NCBI RefSeq assembly: GCF_963921235.1 | Contig: NC_086108.1 | Location: 95,358,001-95,422,000, forward strand | Direction: 5' to 3' | Source of the DNA: Mobula hypostoma | Lineage: Eukaryota | DNA length: 64,000 nucleotides | Part shown: one piece after another, positions 40,219-54,167 of the stretch | Layout of the letters: every line of letters starts with the position of its first letter | How positions within the stretch are numbered: position 1 is the first letter of the stretch | Notes under the pieces: model-generated | What the model was told of the DNA's origin: nothing | The model's input: only the letters and a program-made list of their open reading frames with translations | Databases searched by the model: none | Made by a program: the position numbers and the translations under genes

Positions 40219-40575
40219 ACACTGTTCCTAAAGTCTGTTTCCTTCACTGTTATTAAAGATCTATCAATGAATTGCTTTCCTCTATATTCTTGAAAACATT
40301 CTTATTGTTTTGAAAATCACTACTGAATCCATATTGCTCTTGGCAGCAGCTAAATTCCAAGCCTTGGGATCATTGCTTAGGATACCTGTGTTTCCCTCCA
40401 TATCCTAAAGATGAGCTGGATGGTAGATTAATCTGGACTGCTGTAAACTGCCCCTACGGCCAGGGACTTAAAGTGGAGTTAACGAGCATGCATGAGAGAG
40501 AATAGTCCACAGGAAATGAAGTGTGGCAATGGGGTCGGTGAGTTTGCTCTGATTGGGCCCAATAGCTACCTTCTA

Positions 40576-40961
40576 CAGTACTATACAAAAGTCTTAGGCA
40601 CATATAAAAAATATTCTGTAAAGCAAAGATACCTCAAAAAATAATGAATTGATAAGTTTCTAAATATCAAAAAAATTATAAATAGCAGTAAACAGTATAA
40701 AAAATAAATCAAATCAATATTTGACGTGACCACCCTTTGTTTTAAAACTGCATCAATTCTCTCAAATACACTGTTGTGCAGTTTTATAAGAAAATCAGCT
40801 GGTAAGGTTGTTCCAAGCATCTTGGAGAACTTGCCTCAGTTCTTGCTTGCTTCTGTCTTTCCAGTTAGTCCCAGTCAGCCTCGGTGATGCTGAGATCAGG
40901 GCTCTGGGGAGGCCATACCATCTGAAACTATATAATTAATCTAGACTTTTACACTATACTG
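40576..40961. mobile_element. Tc1-like MITE
   Basis: TA|cagtactatacaaaagtct ... agacttttacactatactg|TA. Confidence 0.7.
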
Positions 40962-41494
40962 TACATCTTTTAAAATATGTTATTGATTAGAAAACACAGC
41001 TGTCATCAAACTATTGCTTTATTCATTAATGGCTTATTGAGGATGTTGCAAAGCAAACTCTTTTGATGCCTCTTCTCCAAAGATTTCATAGTCAGCCTTA
41101 GGATGAATGGCCAGGATATCTGTGCTTCTGGCAAAGGAGAAATATTGGCCTGTACATAAGTTGTCCTCATTGAATACTGCCAAGACGTCACCTCATTCCA
41201 GAAGAAAGAATAGATGAGGAGATAGTTTAATGTTAATGACTCCTGATGAAGGGTCTCGGCCCATAACATCAGCTCTTTATTCCCCTTCATGGATTCTCCC
41301 TGACCTGCTGAGTTCCTCCAGCATGTTTGTGTGTATTACCCTGGTTTAATGTTTGGTTTGCAGGTTGCCTTCCTTGACAATAAATCATTCCATCATTACT
41401 ACTGCAAGCTGCATTAATGTAACAAGACGCTTGGCACCTCTCCGCAAAAGTTTTAAATAACATTTCACATTGAGTTCATAGTGAGATATTACAG

Positions 41495-44400
41495 TTCAAA
41501 GTAAAATGTATTATCAGACTACATACACGTCACCTCATACAAACCTGAAATTCTTTTTCTGCAAGCATACTCAGCAAATCTATAGGACAATAACTGTAAA
41601 CATCAGGAACTGTAACATCAGGAACATCAGACTCTGCAGAGAGTGGTGCGGACAGCCCAGCGCATCTGTAGATGTGAACTTCCCGCTATTCCGGACATTT
41701 CCAAAGACAGATGTGTAAAAAGGGCCCGAAGGATCACTGGGGACCCAAGTCACCCCAAACACAAACTATTCCAGCTGCTACCATCAGGGAAATGGTACCG
41801 CAGCATAAAAGCCAGGACCAACAGGCTCCGGGACAGCTTCTTCCACTAGGCCATCAGACTGATTAACTCACACTGATACAATTGTACTTCTATGTTACAG
41901 CTTGTATATTGACTGTCCTGTTGTACATACTATTTAGTATAAATTACTATAAATTGCAGATTGCACGTTTATACAGAGACGTAATGTAAAGATTTTTACT
42001 CATGTATATGAAGGACGTAAGAAATAAAGTCAATTCAATTTAATTCAAACTGTGCAAATGTAGATATAAATAATGAGCGTGAACGGTAGTAACTGGTGGT
42101 GTGAGTCCTGGGACCCCAGTACATTCTACCTGTTGGCAGCAGCGAGAAGAGAGCAGGACCTGGGTGGAGAGGATCTTTGACGGATGTTGCTTTTCAATGT
42201 TTCATGTAGATGTGCTCGCTGGTGGGCAAGGCTTTACCCATGATGTACAAGGCCGAATCCACTACATTTGTAGGATTTTCCGCTCAAAGGCGTTGGTGGT
42301 CCCATACCAGGCCATAATGCAGCCAGTCAGCACTCTTCCCACCACATATCTATAGAAGTTTGCCAAGGTTTTCGATGACATGCCACATCTCTGCAGAATC
42401 CTGAGGAAGTAGAGGTGCTGTTGTGCTTTCTTAGCAATAATATTTATATGATGGGACCCGGACAGGTCCTCTGAGATAGTGACATCCAGGAATTTAAAGT
42501 TTTGACTCTCTCCACCTCAGATCCTCTGTTGATTACTGGCTCATGGACCTCTGGTTTCCCTCATCCTGAAGACTACAATCAGTTTCTTGGTCTTATTCCT
42601 CAATGTTGCAAAAACAAAGGAGCTGGTTGCGGATTACAGGAGAAATGGAGGCAGACTAACCCCTATTGACATCAATGGATCTGGGGTTGAGGGGATAAAC
42701 AGCTTTAAGTTCCTCAGCATCCACATCGCCGAGGACCTCACTTGATCTGTACACACCAGCTGTGTGGTGAAAAAGACATAACAGCACCTCTTTCACCTCA
42801 GACAGTTGAGGACATTTAGTATGGGCCCCAAATCCTGAGAACTTTCTACAGGGGCACAATTGAGAGAATCCTGACTGGCTACATCACTGCCTGGTATGGG
42901 AACTGTACCTCCCTTAATCGCAGGGCTCTGCAGAGAGTGGTGCAGACAGCCCAGCACATCTGTAGTTGTGAACTTCCCATGATTCAGGACATTTGCAAGA
43001 ACAAATGTATAAAAAGGACCCATAGGATCATTGGGACCCGAGTCACCCCAACCACAATCTATTCCAGCTGCTACCATCCGGGAAATGGTACCGCTGCACA
43101 AAAGCCAGGACAAACAGGCTCCGAGACAGCTTCTTCCACCAGGCCATCAGACTGATGAACTCCCGCTGACTTGAGTGTACTCTGTATTACATTGACTGTG
43201 TATTGACTCTATGTATTATAAATTATTATAAATTACTATAATTGCACATTGCACATTTAGACGGAGACGTGACATAAAGATTTTTACTCCTCATGTATGT
43301 GAAGGATGTAAGAAATAAAGGCAATTCAATTCAATTCAATTGATATTAAGTGAGAGGTTGTTGTTATTACACCACTCAGCCAAATTTTCAATCTCCTTTC
43401 TGTGTGCTGATTCATCACCCTGTTTGATACTGCCCACAACAGTGGTGTCATCAACAAACTTGTGTATGAAGTTAGAGCTGTGCTTAGCCACACAGTCATT
43501 GGTGTAAAGCAAGTAGCACAGGGGGCTAAGCACACATCCCGGTGGTGCTCCTGTGCTGATGGTGATTGTAGAGGAGATGTTTTGGCCAATCCAGACTCAC
43601 TGGGGTCCAAGATCCAGTTGCACAGGGGGGTAGCGAGGCCCAGGTCTTGGAGTTTACTGATTAGTTTTGAGGGGATGATGGTGTTTTGAATTCTGAGCTG
43701 TAATCGACAAAGAGCATCCTGATGTATGGGTCTTTACAGTCCAGATATTCCAGGATTGTGTGAAGAGCCAACAAAGATAGCATCTGCTGTAGACCTGTTG
43801 CTTTGGTAGGCAAATTGGAGCAGATCCAAATTGCTATTCAGACAGGAGCTGATGTGCTTCAACACCAACATCTCAAAATACTTCATCATTGTGGATGTGA
43901 GTGTCTTTGGGCAATAGTCACTGAGGCAAGTTACCAGGCTCTTCTTGGGCACCGGTACAATTGAAGCCTGCTTGAAGCAGGTGGGTACCTCACACTGCCA
44001 GAGCAAGAGGTTGAAGATATCCATGAACACATCAGCCAGTTGGTTAGCACAGGTCTCCAGTACTCGGCCAGGTACTCCATCCAGACTGGATGCTTTCCTT
44101 GGATTCAGTCTCTTGAAGGCAGCCCGCAGGATTGAGACCAAAGGATCATCAGGAGACAAGGGAGGGTGCGATAGTTTCTCCCTGTTCTGGTGGTCAAAGC
44201 AAGCATAGAAGGCATTCAGCTCATCTGGAAATGAAGCCCTTTGTCATGAGATTTAACTTTGTAGGAGGTTATGGCATTCAAACCCTGCCACAGCTGCCGA
44301 GCATCCCTCATTGATTCTAGTCTGGTCCAGAATCTCCACTTTGCCCGAGAAGTGGCTTTCTGGAGATCACAGCTGCACTTCGCAGCGTTCGTGATCTCCA

Positions 44401-44535
44401 GGTTTGAATGCCTCTGATCTGGCTCTCAGCGGGTTCTGGATTTCATTGTTCATCCAGTGCTTCTGAATGGGGAAATCCTGAACGATTTCATGCGGACACA
44501 CACATCCACAGCTGTTTTTATGAAGTCTGTAAGGC
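41495..44535 (-). mobile_element. Rex1/Babar-like LINE fragment (RT domain) interrupted by two antisense inserts of a related family (~41630-42045, ~42598-43338)
   Basis: LNPRKASSLDGVPGRVL, IVPVPKK, LQFAYQSNRSTADAI, LSPL..LYTNDC, KFVDDTTVVG; the inserts end in (AATTC)n tails. Confidence 0.8.
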
Positions 44536-44569
44536 TAGGTAAATTACTACATTTTAAGGAGTTCTTTAG

Positions 44570-44930
44570 AACGTAGAACATAGAATAATACAGCACAGTA
44601 CGGGCAGCTCCTTCAGCACACCACATTGTGCCAACTTCTTAACCGACTCTAAGATCAATTTAACCCTTCCCTCCTACATAGTCCTTCATTTTTCTATCCT
44701 CCATGTGCTAAGAGTTTATTAAATGCTCATAATGTATTTGCCTCTACTACCACCCCGGCAGGTGTTCCAAGCACCAGCCACTTTCTGCATGAAGAATTTA
44801 GCTCTGACATGCCCTTTATACATTCCTCGAATGACCATAAAATGATGCCCCCTTGTATTAGCCATTTCCGTCCTGAGGAAAACATCTCTATACCTCTTAT
44901 CATCTTGTACACCTCTGACAAGTCATGTCC
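44570..44930 (-). mobile_element. CR1 3' fragment
   Basis: Antisense of EVYKMIRGI and the CR1 3'UTR/tail. Confidence 0.6.
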
Positions 44931-45428
44931 GTCCTCCTTTGTCTGACCTATTGTCTTGTACAGGTGCTTAGGAGGGAATGTCACAGCTTGAAGCAGGGTT
45001 ACCAATGGCGAAGTGATAAAAATTGTAAATCAAAGATTCAAAGTTGCTTAATATCATTTCCAATACATAGTGCAAACGAGGATGAAATAAATGTTACTCC
45101 GGATGTGATACAGCACAAAAATAAAACACAGTAAGAGAAAGAACACAGTAATTAAAAACAAAATAAATAGAAATACATAAGATAGCTTATATACATGGAT
45201 TGATTATTTGTCCATAAAGTGAAGCCAGGCACAGGAGTGTTTGTATATAAGGTGACTTGGAGAGGAAATAATGAAGTAGTGTTGGTGTGGAGTGCGGTGT
45301 GGAGGGGTGGGTTAGTGGGCGGAGATGTTGATCAGCCTTGCTGCTTGGGGAAAGTAACTATTTTTGAGCAACACACACAAAATGCTGGAGGAACTCAGTA
45401 GGCCAGGCAGCATCTATGGAAACGAGTC

Positions 45429-45465
45429 CAGTCGACGTTTGGGCCGAGACCCTTCGTCAGGACTG
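45429..45465 (-). ncRNA. Hammerhead motif copy with the G of GAAA deleted
   Basis: Reverse complement CAGUC CUGACGA AGGGUCUCGGCCC -AAAC GUC GACUG; perfect stem I. Confidence 0.65.
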
Positions 45466-46234
45466 TTTTTTGAATCTGGTGGTCTTCGTGTGGATGCTAT
45501 GTAACCTGTTTGGGACAAGCAATGAGGCTAAAAGTCGTAAAGTCCAGAAGTGCTTTCACTTATGTTGTTCTGAGTTTGACATATATGTTGGATAACAGAG
45601 CTGAATGTTTTTTTCAGATTATTGTTTGTTGGCCATTCTTTGAGGAGTCTGAGCTATCAGCTTCTAAGTTTCCTATTTGGCTGACGAGTTGCTTCACCAG
45701 AAATGATGAAAAATTGCCACTGGATGAAGCAACCGGTCAACTGTTGCAAACTGCCTGCGCCCTCGAGGGTCACGTGGATGCAGTCAGGGCCAAACATGAG
45801 TCAGTCTGCCAGAAAACTCTGTAAAAAGGTATGTGGGAAAATGTTTTAGCGTTTGTTTATTTTGGTTGCTTTTTGTCAAAAAAAAAGGTTATTTTTAATT
45901 AAATGAGTGTAAAAGTGCCTCCAAGAAGTAAACAGCAGAAGAAGCTGTGAAGCATGAAAAATTAGTAAATCTGTTTTACTGCTTTTGTGAGTTCTGAATA
46001 CTTGAATTTCTAACTTCAGTCAAGCCAGAGATTTCCCAGTGCATAAAGGTTTTATTTACAGGTAGTGCAACAGTTATGTAGCATTTTTCACAATTTGTAA
46101 CTTTAAGTGCATCTTTTTCTTATCAGAGATTCACACAATAATTGTGACAACATAACTGTGGTATTGTTACTGTTAATTGCTGCTTGCTACTTTGAATTTT
46201 CATGTAATTAATCATGCGATTTAAAAAAAATGTA

Positions 46235-46734
46235 CATTACTGTGCAAAAGTCTTAGGCAGATATATGTGCATATCGCTAGGGTGCCTAAGACTTTTGCAC
46301 ATTACTGAATTTGTCAACGTAGGGCAGAGAGTGAGTTTGTAAATCTGGTGGGTGTAATGGATGTTGGGAATGGGGAGGGTGGTGGGCTGCAGAGGGGATG
46401 TGGGACAGGTGGCAGAGAAGGAGTGCTGGCGTGGGTGCAGACACACCCAGCCCTGAGACATTGATTCCAAATGATCAATTCATCACAGAATGTCCCTCTG
46501 GTGCTTCCCACTCCTTTCCCCATTTGCCAACCATGATTGCCCTCTCCCTGTCCCCTTCCCCCCTCAGTCCACAATAAAGACCCAAATCAGACTCAAGTTT
46601 ATCATTGCTCACATATGTCATGATTTTTTTTTGTGGCAGCAGTACAGTGCAATACATAAAATTATTACAGTAATGTGCAAAAGTCTTAAGCACCCTAACT
46701 ATATATATGTGCCTAAGATGGGGGCACAGTACTG
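46235..46734. mobile_element. Composite repeat bounded by two ~70-bp palindromic Tc1-TIR hairpins
   Basis: 46235-46307 and 46668-46734 each consist of two inverted actgtgcaaaagtcttaggca-like arms. Confidence 0.6.
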
Positions 46735-46739
46735 TGGAT

Positions 46740-48450
46740 TCATTCGGGGGATGAAGACCTCACAGGCTAAACCAGCATTTGATTGCCCATCCCTAGTAGC
46801 CCTTGAGAAGATGGCAGGGAGTTGCCTTCTTGAACCATTGCAGTTCTTGAGGTGTGAGACCCACTCTGTTGCTGGGGAGAGTTCCAGGATTTTTGACCCG
46901 GCGACATGAAGGAACGGTGATACGTTTTCAAGTTGGGATGGTGTGCAGCTTGGAGGGCAACTTCCAGCTAGTGAAGTTTCCATGTTTTTGTTGCCGTTGT
47001 CCTTTTAGCTGACAGGGATCATGTTTTTGGAAGGTGCTGTCTGAGGAGTCTTGGCAAGTTGAAACGGTGCATCCTGGAGGTGGTACTCACTGTTGCTACT
47101 GTACACGGTGGTGGAGTGAGTGACTGATGTGTCTGTCAAGCAGCTGCCAAGTCCTGTATGGTGTGTTCTTGACTGATGTTGATGATGCATTCTTCCAGGC
47201 AGTGGGAGAGTATTCCATCTCACTGCTGGCATGAAGTTTGCAAATGGTGGACGGGCTTTGGGGAGTTAGGAGGTGAGTTATGCTCTGCAGAATTTCTAGT
47301 CTCTAACCTGCTCTCATAACCACATTGTGCACATGACTACCCCAGTTCAGTTTGTGGGTGGTCAGCGATAACCCCCAAGATATCGATAGTGGGCATTTCA
47401 GTGATGGGACTGACACTGAATGTCAGGAGGTGCAGTTTCTCTTGTTGGATGTTATCATTGCCCAGATCATGGCATGAATGTTACTTGCTACTATCAGCAC
47501 CAAGTCTTTATGCCATATTCAAGTCTGCTGACAAGACCAGTGTTGTTGGCCGAGTCAAAGGTGGTGACAAATCAGCGTATAGGAGGGAGATTGAAAATCT
47601 GGCCTAGTGGTGCCATAACTGCAACCTCTTACTCAACATCAACAAGCCCAAGGAGCTGGTTATTGACTTCAGGAGGAGGAAATCAGAGGTCCATGAGCCA
47701 GTTCTCATTGGAGGATCATAGATGGAGAGGGCCTGCAGCTTTAAGTTCCTCAGTGTTATTATTTTGGAGGATCTGCCCTGGGCCCAGCATTTAAGAAAGC
47801 ATGGCAGCACTTCTAATTTCTTAGAAGTTTGTGGAGATTTGGCAAGACATCTAAAACATTGGCAAACTTCTATAGATGTGTAGTGGAGAATATATTTTTC
47901 AATGTTCCCACAGCCTATGGACTCACTTTCAAAGGCTCTGCATCTCACGTTCTCAATATTTATTGCTTATTTAGTTATTATTATTATTTCTTTCTTTCTG
48001 TATTTGCACAGTTTGTGTCTTTTGCACTCTGGTTTAACACCCAAATTGGTGCGATCTATCATTGATTCTGTTATGAGTATTATTTTCTATTATGGATTTA
48101 CTGAGTATGCCTGCAAGAAAATGAATCTCTGTATATGTACTGTATATGGTCCTGCTCTTGCTGCAGTTGGAGATGGTCCATTTACTGACGACGCAAATGT
48201 AGATGGGACAATAAGTGTGTGAGGAGGGCACAAAGAGCCTGTGAAGGAAGATAGATAGGTTATGTGAGTGAGCCAGCAGCTGTAACGTAGGAAGAAGGAA
48301 AAATTGAATTACCATTTAAACAGAATGCTGTGGTAAAAGTGAATCTGAGGGTTTTGAGTAAAATACAAAAAGTTATAGTGTGGGCACAGCAAATAATTAG
48401 GAAGGGCAATGTAATGTCCGCCGCAATGTCAAAGGGAATGGCACGTTCAC
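46740..48450. mobile_element. Cluster of old LINE fragments: CR1-like (-) ~46740-47500, Rex-like (+) ~47510-48140, CR1 (+) ~48170-48450
   Basis: KSADKTSVVG..GDKSAYRREIENLA, TLANFYRCVVE, FTDDANV. Confidence 0.55.
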
Positions 48451-50429
48451 AGGCAAGAACTCACACATGTACTGGGTACTTTCAGCTTCAGGATGCAACT
48501 ATTTGTCGTGGTGTGTTGGCATAACATGCAACAAAAGGCAACATTCAACAACTATAAGGAATAAATAATTATATAAAAATAACGTTCGAGGTTAAAGTAC
48601 GGATATGAAATAAAATGGGCATAAATTGATAGATACCATCAGGTATTTAAAATGTGAATGTTTACAATGAACGGTGAGCTTTCCCAGCTCATCCTGTTAC
48701 TGAAGTCATCGAGTCACTGGAACTTCTCGAGGCTCTTCCATTCGTCTTTGATAACTATGGTTCTTTGTCATTCCGTCCTCATTTCCAGAATAAGAGAATG
48801 CATTCTTATCCCCAGACCGCGCTCCTGGGCGGCTGTACATGAGACACAAGAAGCTCCAATAAATTGTACAGTATGCAGTTTATCAAAGGACTGCCCCTGT
48901 GAGCAGCGACACAGTGCTCCTGAACTGAAAACTCTCAAACTTCAGAGCAAATTTGTTATCAAGATACATTTACGTCACCATTGCACACTACGCTGAGGTT
49001 CACTTTCTTGCAGGCATTCACTGCCGAACACAAAGAGCGACAGAATAACTACACCTCTACAGACAAGCAATCAATGGACAAAAGAAAACAAACTGTGCAA
49101 ACACAAAATGATAAATAAATATGTTAGAAATAAATAGATAGATAAACACATAAACAGATAGATAAATAGGTATATAGACAGATAACTAAATAAATAATAC
49201 TGAGGACATGAATTGTAGAATGTTCGAAAGTGAGACCATGGGTTGTATTTAGTGATCAGCTCAGTATTGGGGCGAGAGATGCTATCCACGCTAATTCGTG
49301 GTGATTTTGTAAAAGAGGATATTAAACAGAAATATCGGTCTCATTGTCACAAAGTTGTCACATGATTACTAAGAACGGTAGTTAGCCACCACGATTCCGT
49401 CCCAGTTGTCTGCATCCATCTCCCTGCTGACCGAATCAATATTGCAGCAGCATACTATATTAAAATTATGACATTCATTTCTGTTTTTTAAGGCCTTCTT
49501 CGACCCTTCAAGACCTTTGCTCTTCAATTCAAAAGCCTGAAGTCCTTGCATTACCTTCATACGCGTTTCCACCCAATGCATTCAAAAGCCTCCGCTGTTC
49601 AACCTTCTGCCAAGTGTCCATTTTAATTTGATTGTTCACCCCAAAAATTCCTTTGATTCCTTACCACTTTAAAGGACGATATATAAATTCAGTTTGGTTT
49701 TACCATAACTGGTTCCACATACAAAAACGATTTGCTTAGCGCAGAGCACGGTTTCCCTCCGTGTGTCTCTGTGACTCATCACAGTACTCGGAACCGAATG
49801 ACTACAAAATCGGTAAAATCGCAATGATGAATGCTTTCAGTAACTTTTACTGATAAACTAAATGCACATGTTCAAAAATAAACGAATAGCAGAGTAGAAT
49901 TAGCTGGGTAATGTTCTGTTTGCAAATACTGTACAGAAATTTACATGGTCGGTTACATGATGCCTGTGTTTCTCGCATGCAGTTCACTTTGAGGACATTT
50001 TGTTAAACCACAAAACGAAGGTTATCCTTGTATAGAGCTTAACAAACAGTACTTTACAAAAGACTTTTCTACACTAAACTGGTGGAAGGAAATATAGTCG
50101 AGTGCCTTGCAAGCTAAGCAAGCGTGCAAATACTACCAGTTTAATAAGTATCGTTCATTCTCTTCCCTGTTAGCTAAAAACTGAACGCTGCTTGCGATGG
50201 ATTTTTTTTTTAGAACTGGTCGTGTCTGATCGGAAGATCTCTCAGTGGGAAAGGAGAGCTCCGAGAGCGGCGAAGGTTTGCCGTAGGTTTTGACTTTAAG
50301 TTACAAAAATATCCAGCGGTTGTTAAATTAAGCAGCAACTTCTCTTGGTCCAAGCAATGATCATCAACTCTAGACTTTAAAAGGGGTCGAGAACTTGCAG
50401 CAGAACCAATGACAGATACACAACGCACA

Positions 50430-51050
50430 CACAGTATTGGAGGAACTCAGCAAGTCAGGCAGCATCTGTGGAGGGGAATACTGTAAACAACCGACGTTGC
50501 GGACCGAGGCCCTTTATCCGGACTGGAAAAGAAAGGGATAGAAGCCAGAATAAGAAGGTGGGGGAGGGGAAAGAGTGATAGGTGAGGTGGGTGGGTGGGG
50601 GAGCCGGGACGAAGTAAGAACGCATGTCTGAAGAGTCGGAGAGCAGTAGAGGACGCTGATCAATGAGAGAAGGTCTCACTGAACTCCCGTCTAAACTTCT
50701 TCAGGGTAGGCATCCCTTTGAGAGTCTTTGCAAGAGATTCTGCAGATGCTGGCAATCCTGAGCAACCCACACATAAAATGCAGGAGGAACTCAGCAAGAC
50801 AGGCAATGCTAATCGAGGGGAATAAGCAGTCGACGTTTCGGGCCGAGACCCCTTCACCCACCTTCCCCCTCCCCTGTCCCCTGGGCTCACCTACCCGCCT
50901 CCCCCCTCCGCCCGGGAAACATTCTTATTCTGGCGTCGGCCGCCTTCCCGATGAAGGGGCCCGAAACGTCGATTATTTGTTCTCCGCTATGAATGCTGCC
51001 TGACAGCATTTTGTACGTGTTGCTCAAGATCGGCAGGGTCTCTTGTGTCA
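50430..51050. mobile_element. PLE termini (50430-50640 on -, inverted pair 50730-51050)
   Basis: Shared terminus; partial hammerheads at ~50488-50526 (-), 50827-50856 (-) and 50945-50974 (+). Confidence 0.65.
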
Positions 51051-51499
51051 ATGATAGAGACTGCCCAGAGCATTAGGCTTGTGCTATCGACCGTGCACTG
51101 AACACAAATCAGAGCGCGCGTACAACTAAATCAGAATCTACGGGAACCTGCACGCGCGAATTCCGGCCAGAAGTTTTTCATTTTTATACTTCGGGTAAGT
51201 GTTAAACCGCAGACAAGGCATGCCTGCCTCTCTGCCAACCTGTCTTCCCACAGAAATCCAGAGATGCTCTTTCAGTCACGGCATTAATGCCCAACTGTCC
51301 GGTAATACATATGCTAACCCGGGCAGCACGGCACAATCCCCGGAGCGCGGCTAAGTTACTTTAGCCTTGATTTTGTTTTAGAAGGTGCTGAAACACGCGT
51401 GGCATTTAGTTTAAACTGGGATCGTCGGTTTTAAGCTTTCATTTAAAAAGAATTAAGGTAGCGACCTTTTGACATGATTGAGACGCATTAAAGCTACTC

Positions 51500-52110
51500 C
51501 AACGCTGCGCACACCGCGGCGCACATGAATGCGTGGAGCGTTGCACAAATCCTTTCACAGACTTGCCGGTCGGCCGGGTTTGCAAGCACATTCCGTATGA
51601 CCAAAATTGCAACTGGCGAAAGGGAGATACAGTAAATCTGTGCTGCAGCCCGCGCCCCTATGGGAGTCCTGACTGACCCGGTCCCGCACACACACGTCCG
51701 CCACCGCTCGGTCCCCACCGTTTCTGACTTTAAACTACCCCTCACAGGTAAACTACAATTGGAGATTATGGTTGCGGTTTGTAAATCGATTTTTTTTTCA
51801 AATAAACGAGTTTCACAAAACTCTCGACGTTTTTGGCGCGCAAGTTCTCGGTATCCTAGGATATCTCGGGTTTGCAAAAAGCTGATTTTAAAAAATAGAG
51901 GGAAGGGCTGTGAAAGTCCACACAAATTTACACCGGACTAATCAAATGGGGGAGAATGTGGGGCGGAGCTCCCTCTGGGTAAGATCCTGAGTAATCTGTT
52001 GGTGTACCATTCTTCTGTCGCGGGATCGCAGTTGTCAAATACTCGCGACCAGGAAGTGGTTGCACAGTGAAGAGCTGTTGGCGTTATATAAACTAGTCAG
52101 TTCCCAGTCT
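51500..52110 (+). promoter_or_regulatory. GFI1: Putative distal GFI1 promoter
   Basis: CpG-rich. TTGCACAA (C/EBP-like) 51541; TTTGGCGC (E2F-like) ~51832; GC box GGGCGGAG 51961; ETS CAGGAAGT 52050; TATATAAA 52085-52092. Confidence 0.6.
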
Positions 52111-52114
52111 GCTT

Positions 52115-52276
52115 GTTATTAACGTCTGATAGACTAGTCGGATTGTAGCGATGCTGCAGAGGGGGAGAGAATCTGTCTCCACCAGTATCACTCACGCCGC
52201 ACTTTGCACTTGATAGTCGCAGGTTTGGACTCTCCTGCTGGCCCCTCTCTTAGTGACCCGCACCCAGCGAAAGCTG
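52115..52276 (+). other. GFI1: Putative non-coding exon 1 of GFI1 (start approximate)
   Basis: Downstream of a TATA box; strong donor ctg|gtaagc at 52277; about 3 kb upstream of the ATG exon. Mammalian GFI1 has non-coding first exons. Confidence 0.5.
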
Positions 52277-54167
52277 GTAAGCAAGACCTTTCCTTAATGT
52301 GTGTTTGTGTGTGTGCGTGTCTCCGACAAAGCTAAAGTGGAATTTAAGAGGTCATTCTCCGATTAGTCCGTTTTACTCTGGGGGTTTAAGCAGGGAGAGT
52401 TCGGGAAGGGTGTTTTGGCTTGGATCCATGTTGTGTTCCCCCACTACCAGCACCTCCACCCTCCCCATTAATCATTTCCACTGCCCCAACAACGCAGGTT
52501 CTCCGAATCTACATCATCTCCAGATCGGAATTAAATCTGCGTGTCCCTTGGCGCGGGCTGTGAGCGTTTGGGACAGAATCCGCCCCGATTCTGATCCCGC
52601 CGGTAGGAATCTGCGTGCAAAACACAGCAAAGGAAACCGTTTTTTCAGGCAAGCAAGTGAGTTGCCTAATTTCTGCTTTCTATCACGTTAAACCCTGATC
52701 TGATCTCTTTTCCCATAATCTTAAATCAGAAACACCAAAAAAAAATTAATTTAACGACAAGGCGGTAGAAGAAGGGGAACTGTTTACTTAAATTAAAAAG
52801 AACATTTTGTAGATTAAAATAAACTCTTCACTGCAATTATCTAGCTCGCAAACTTGCTGCATCTACTCTGTTTCGCCCAGTTGGTTTCTGGGAACTGGGT
52901 CCTGCTCTGTTATTGATTCGTCCTGGCCCAGGTGAATTCGAACATTTCTTCTCCCACGTCCATCCTTGGCCAGTCCAGAGGTGGGTGACCTACTCTCTAC
53001 GGATTGACTCGACACAAATCACGTTTGCTAAATGAATGGTTAAAAGAAATGTCTTCACTGTGCCGTGCGAAACCATGGGCGGGTCGCAAACGCTGCAGAA
53101 CGGATGCGTTGAACTTCGAATGTACTTGAACGAAGTTTTAACACACGCTGGAGAGGCATCTCTCGCCACAGAGCTGAGTGGCAAGGTGACGGGAGAAGAC
53201 ACTCTGTGAAGCTGTCCTAGTTTCCATTTCTGTGACGGGCGGAGACTTACTTCCACACTACTCAAGGACAACTTACATCCACATGCGGGGCCTCTCAAAG
53301 CCGCAGAGCCAAAAATGCTAGAACGAGCCCCTTCCTTGTTTGTCGAGCGCGGTACTCATTTAAAGCACATGCGAGGGGCAACATAGTTTGTGAAATGCAC
53401 CTTGATTTTTTTTTTCGGTTTCACACTGGGAAATTTCTGAAGGCGGAATGTGCTGCGTTTCAAAGTCAGCTAGGGAGAAATCTCAATTTCTCATCATTTG
53501 ACTGCAGAAGCTTGTCTATTTGATCTAAGGCTTGCCCGCAGTAAACGTGTCGTAGGCTGTCAAAAACAGGCTGCTTGTTTGAACGCAGAGTTGACCACCT
53601 CCCATGCCCCCTCCGTGTGGATAACAACTGACCGAAGCGAAGGGCTAACAAACAAAACGTGGGCTCAGATTCAAGATTGTTTAATGACATTTCTGATGTC
53701 GCAAGTGTAAAGGTGACGAAATAACTGTTACGCCGGATCCGATGCAGCACATCAAAAACACAACTAGATAACGAACCCAATAACAAACAGCACAGTAAAT
53801 AAAAATATTTATAAAAAGCTTTTATACATAGATTGATTGTACAATCAGACCAGCAAACTGAGAGTCACGGCACAAAAATATAACCCTACTGACAAAGGTT
53901 TAACAAGATCTAATTTATGACAGGGTGCTGCAGAGGAGAAAGGAGTTGACAGAGAAGATTTACAGCTTTCGTTTGTAAAAAACGATTGCTTCCCGTACTT
54001 TAGATGAATAATATGATAAAAGCCAAACATTTATTTTGAAGCAAACATAACCGCATTAAAAGTTAGTGCGGTGTTCTCGAGACCTTCTAAAAGTTAGTCA
54101 TCGAACTTAGAGGCGACTGAGACAAATAAACAATTGGATTCTGGTTTTGAACGGCGTGTTTAAGATG

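Noticed and set aside
51494..53786. Several 90-143 aa ORFs upstream of GFI1
   Set aside because: CpG-rich promoter/intron sequence with no coding signature or domain.
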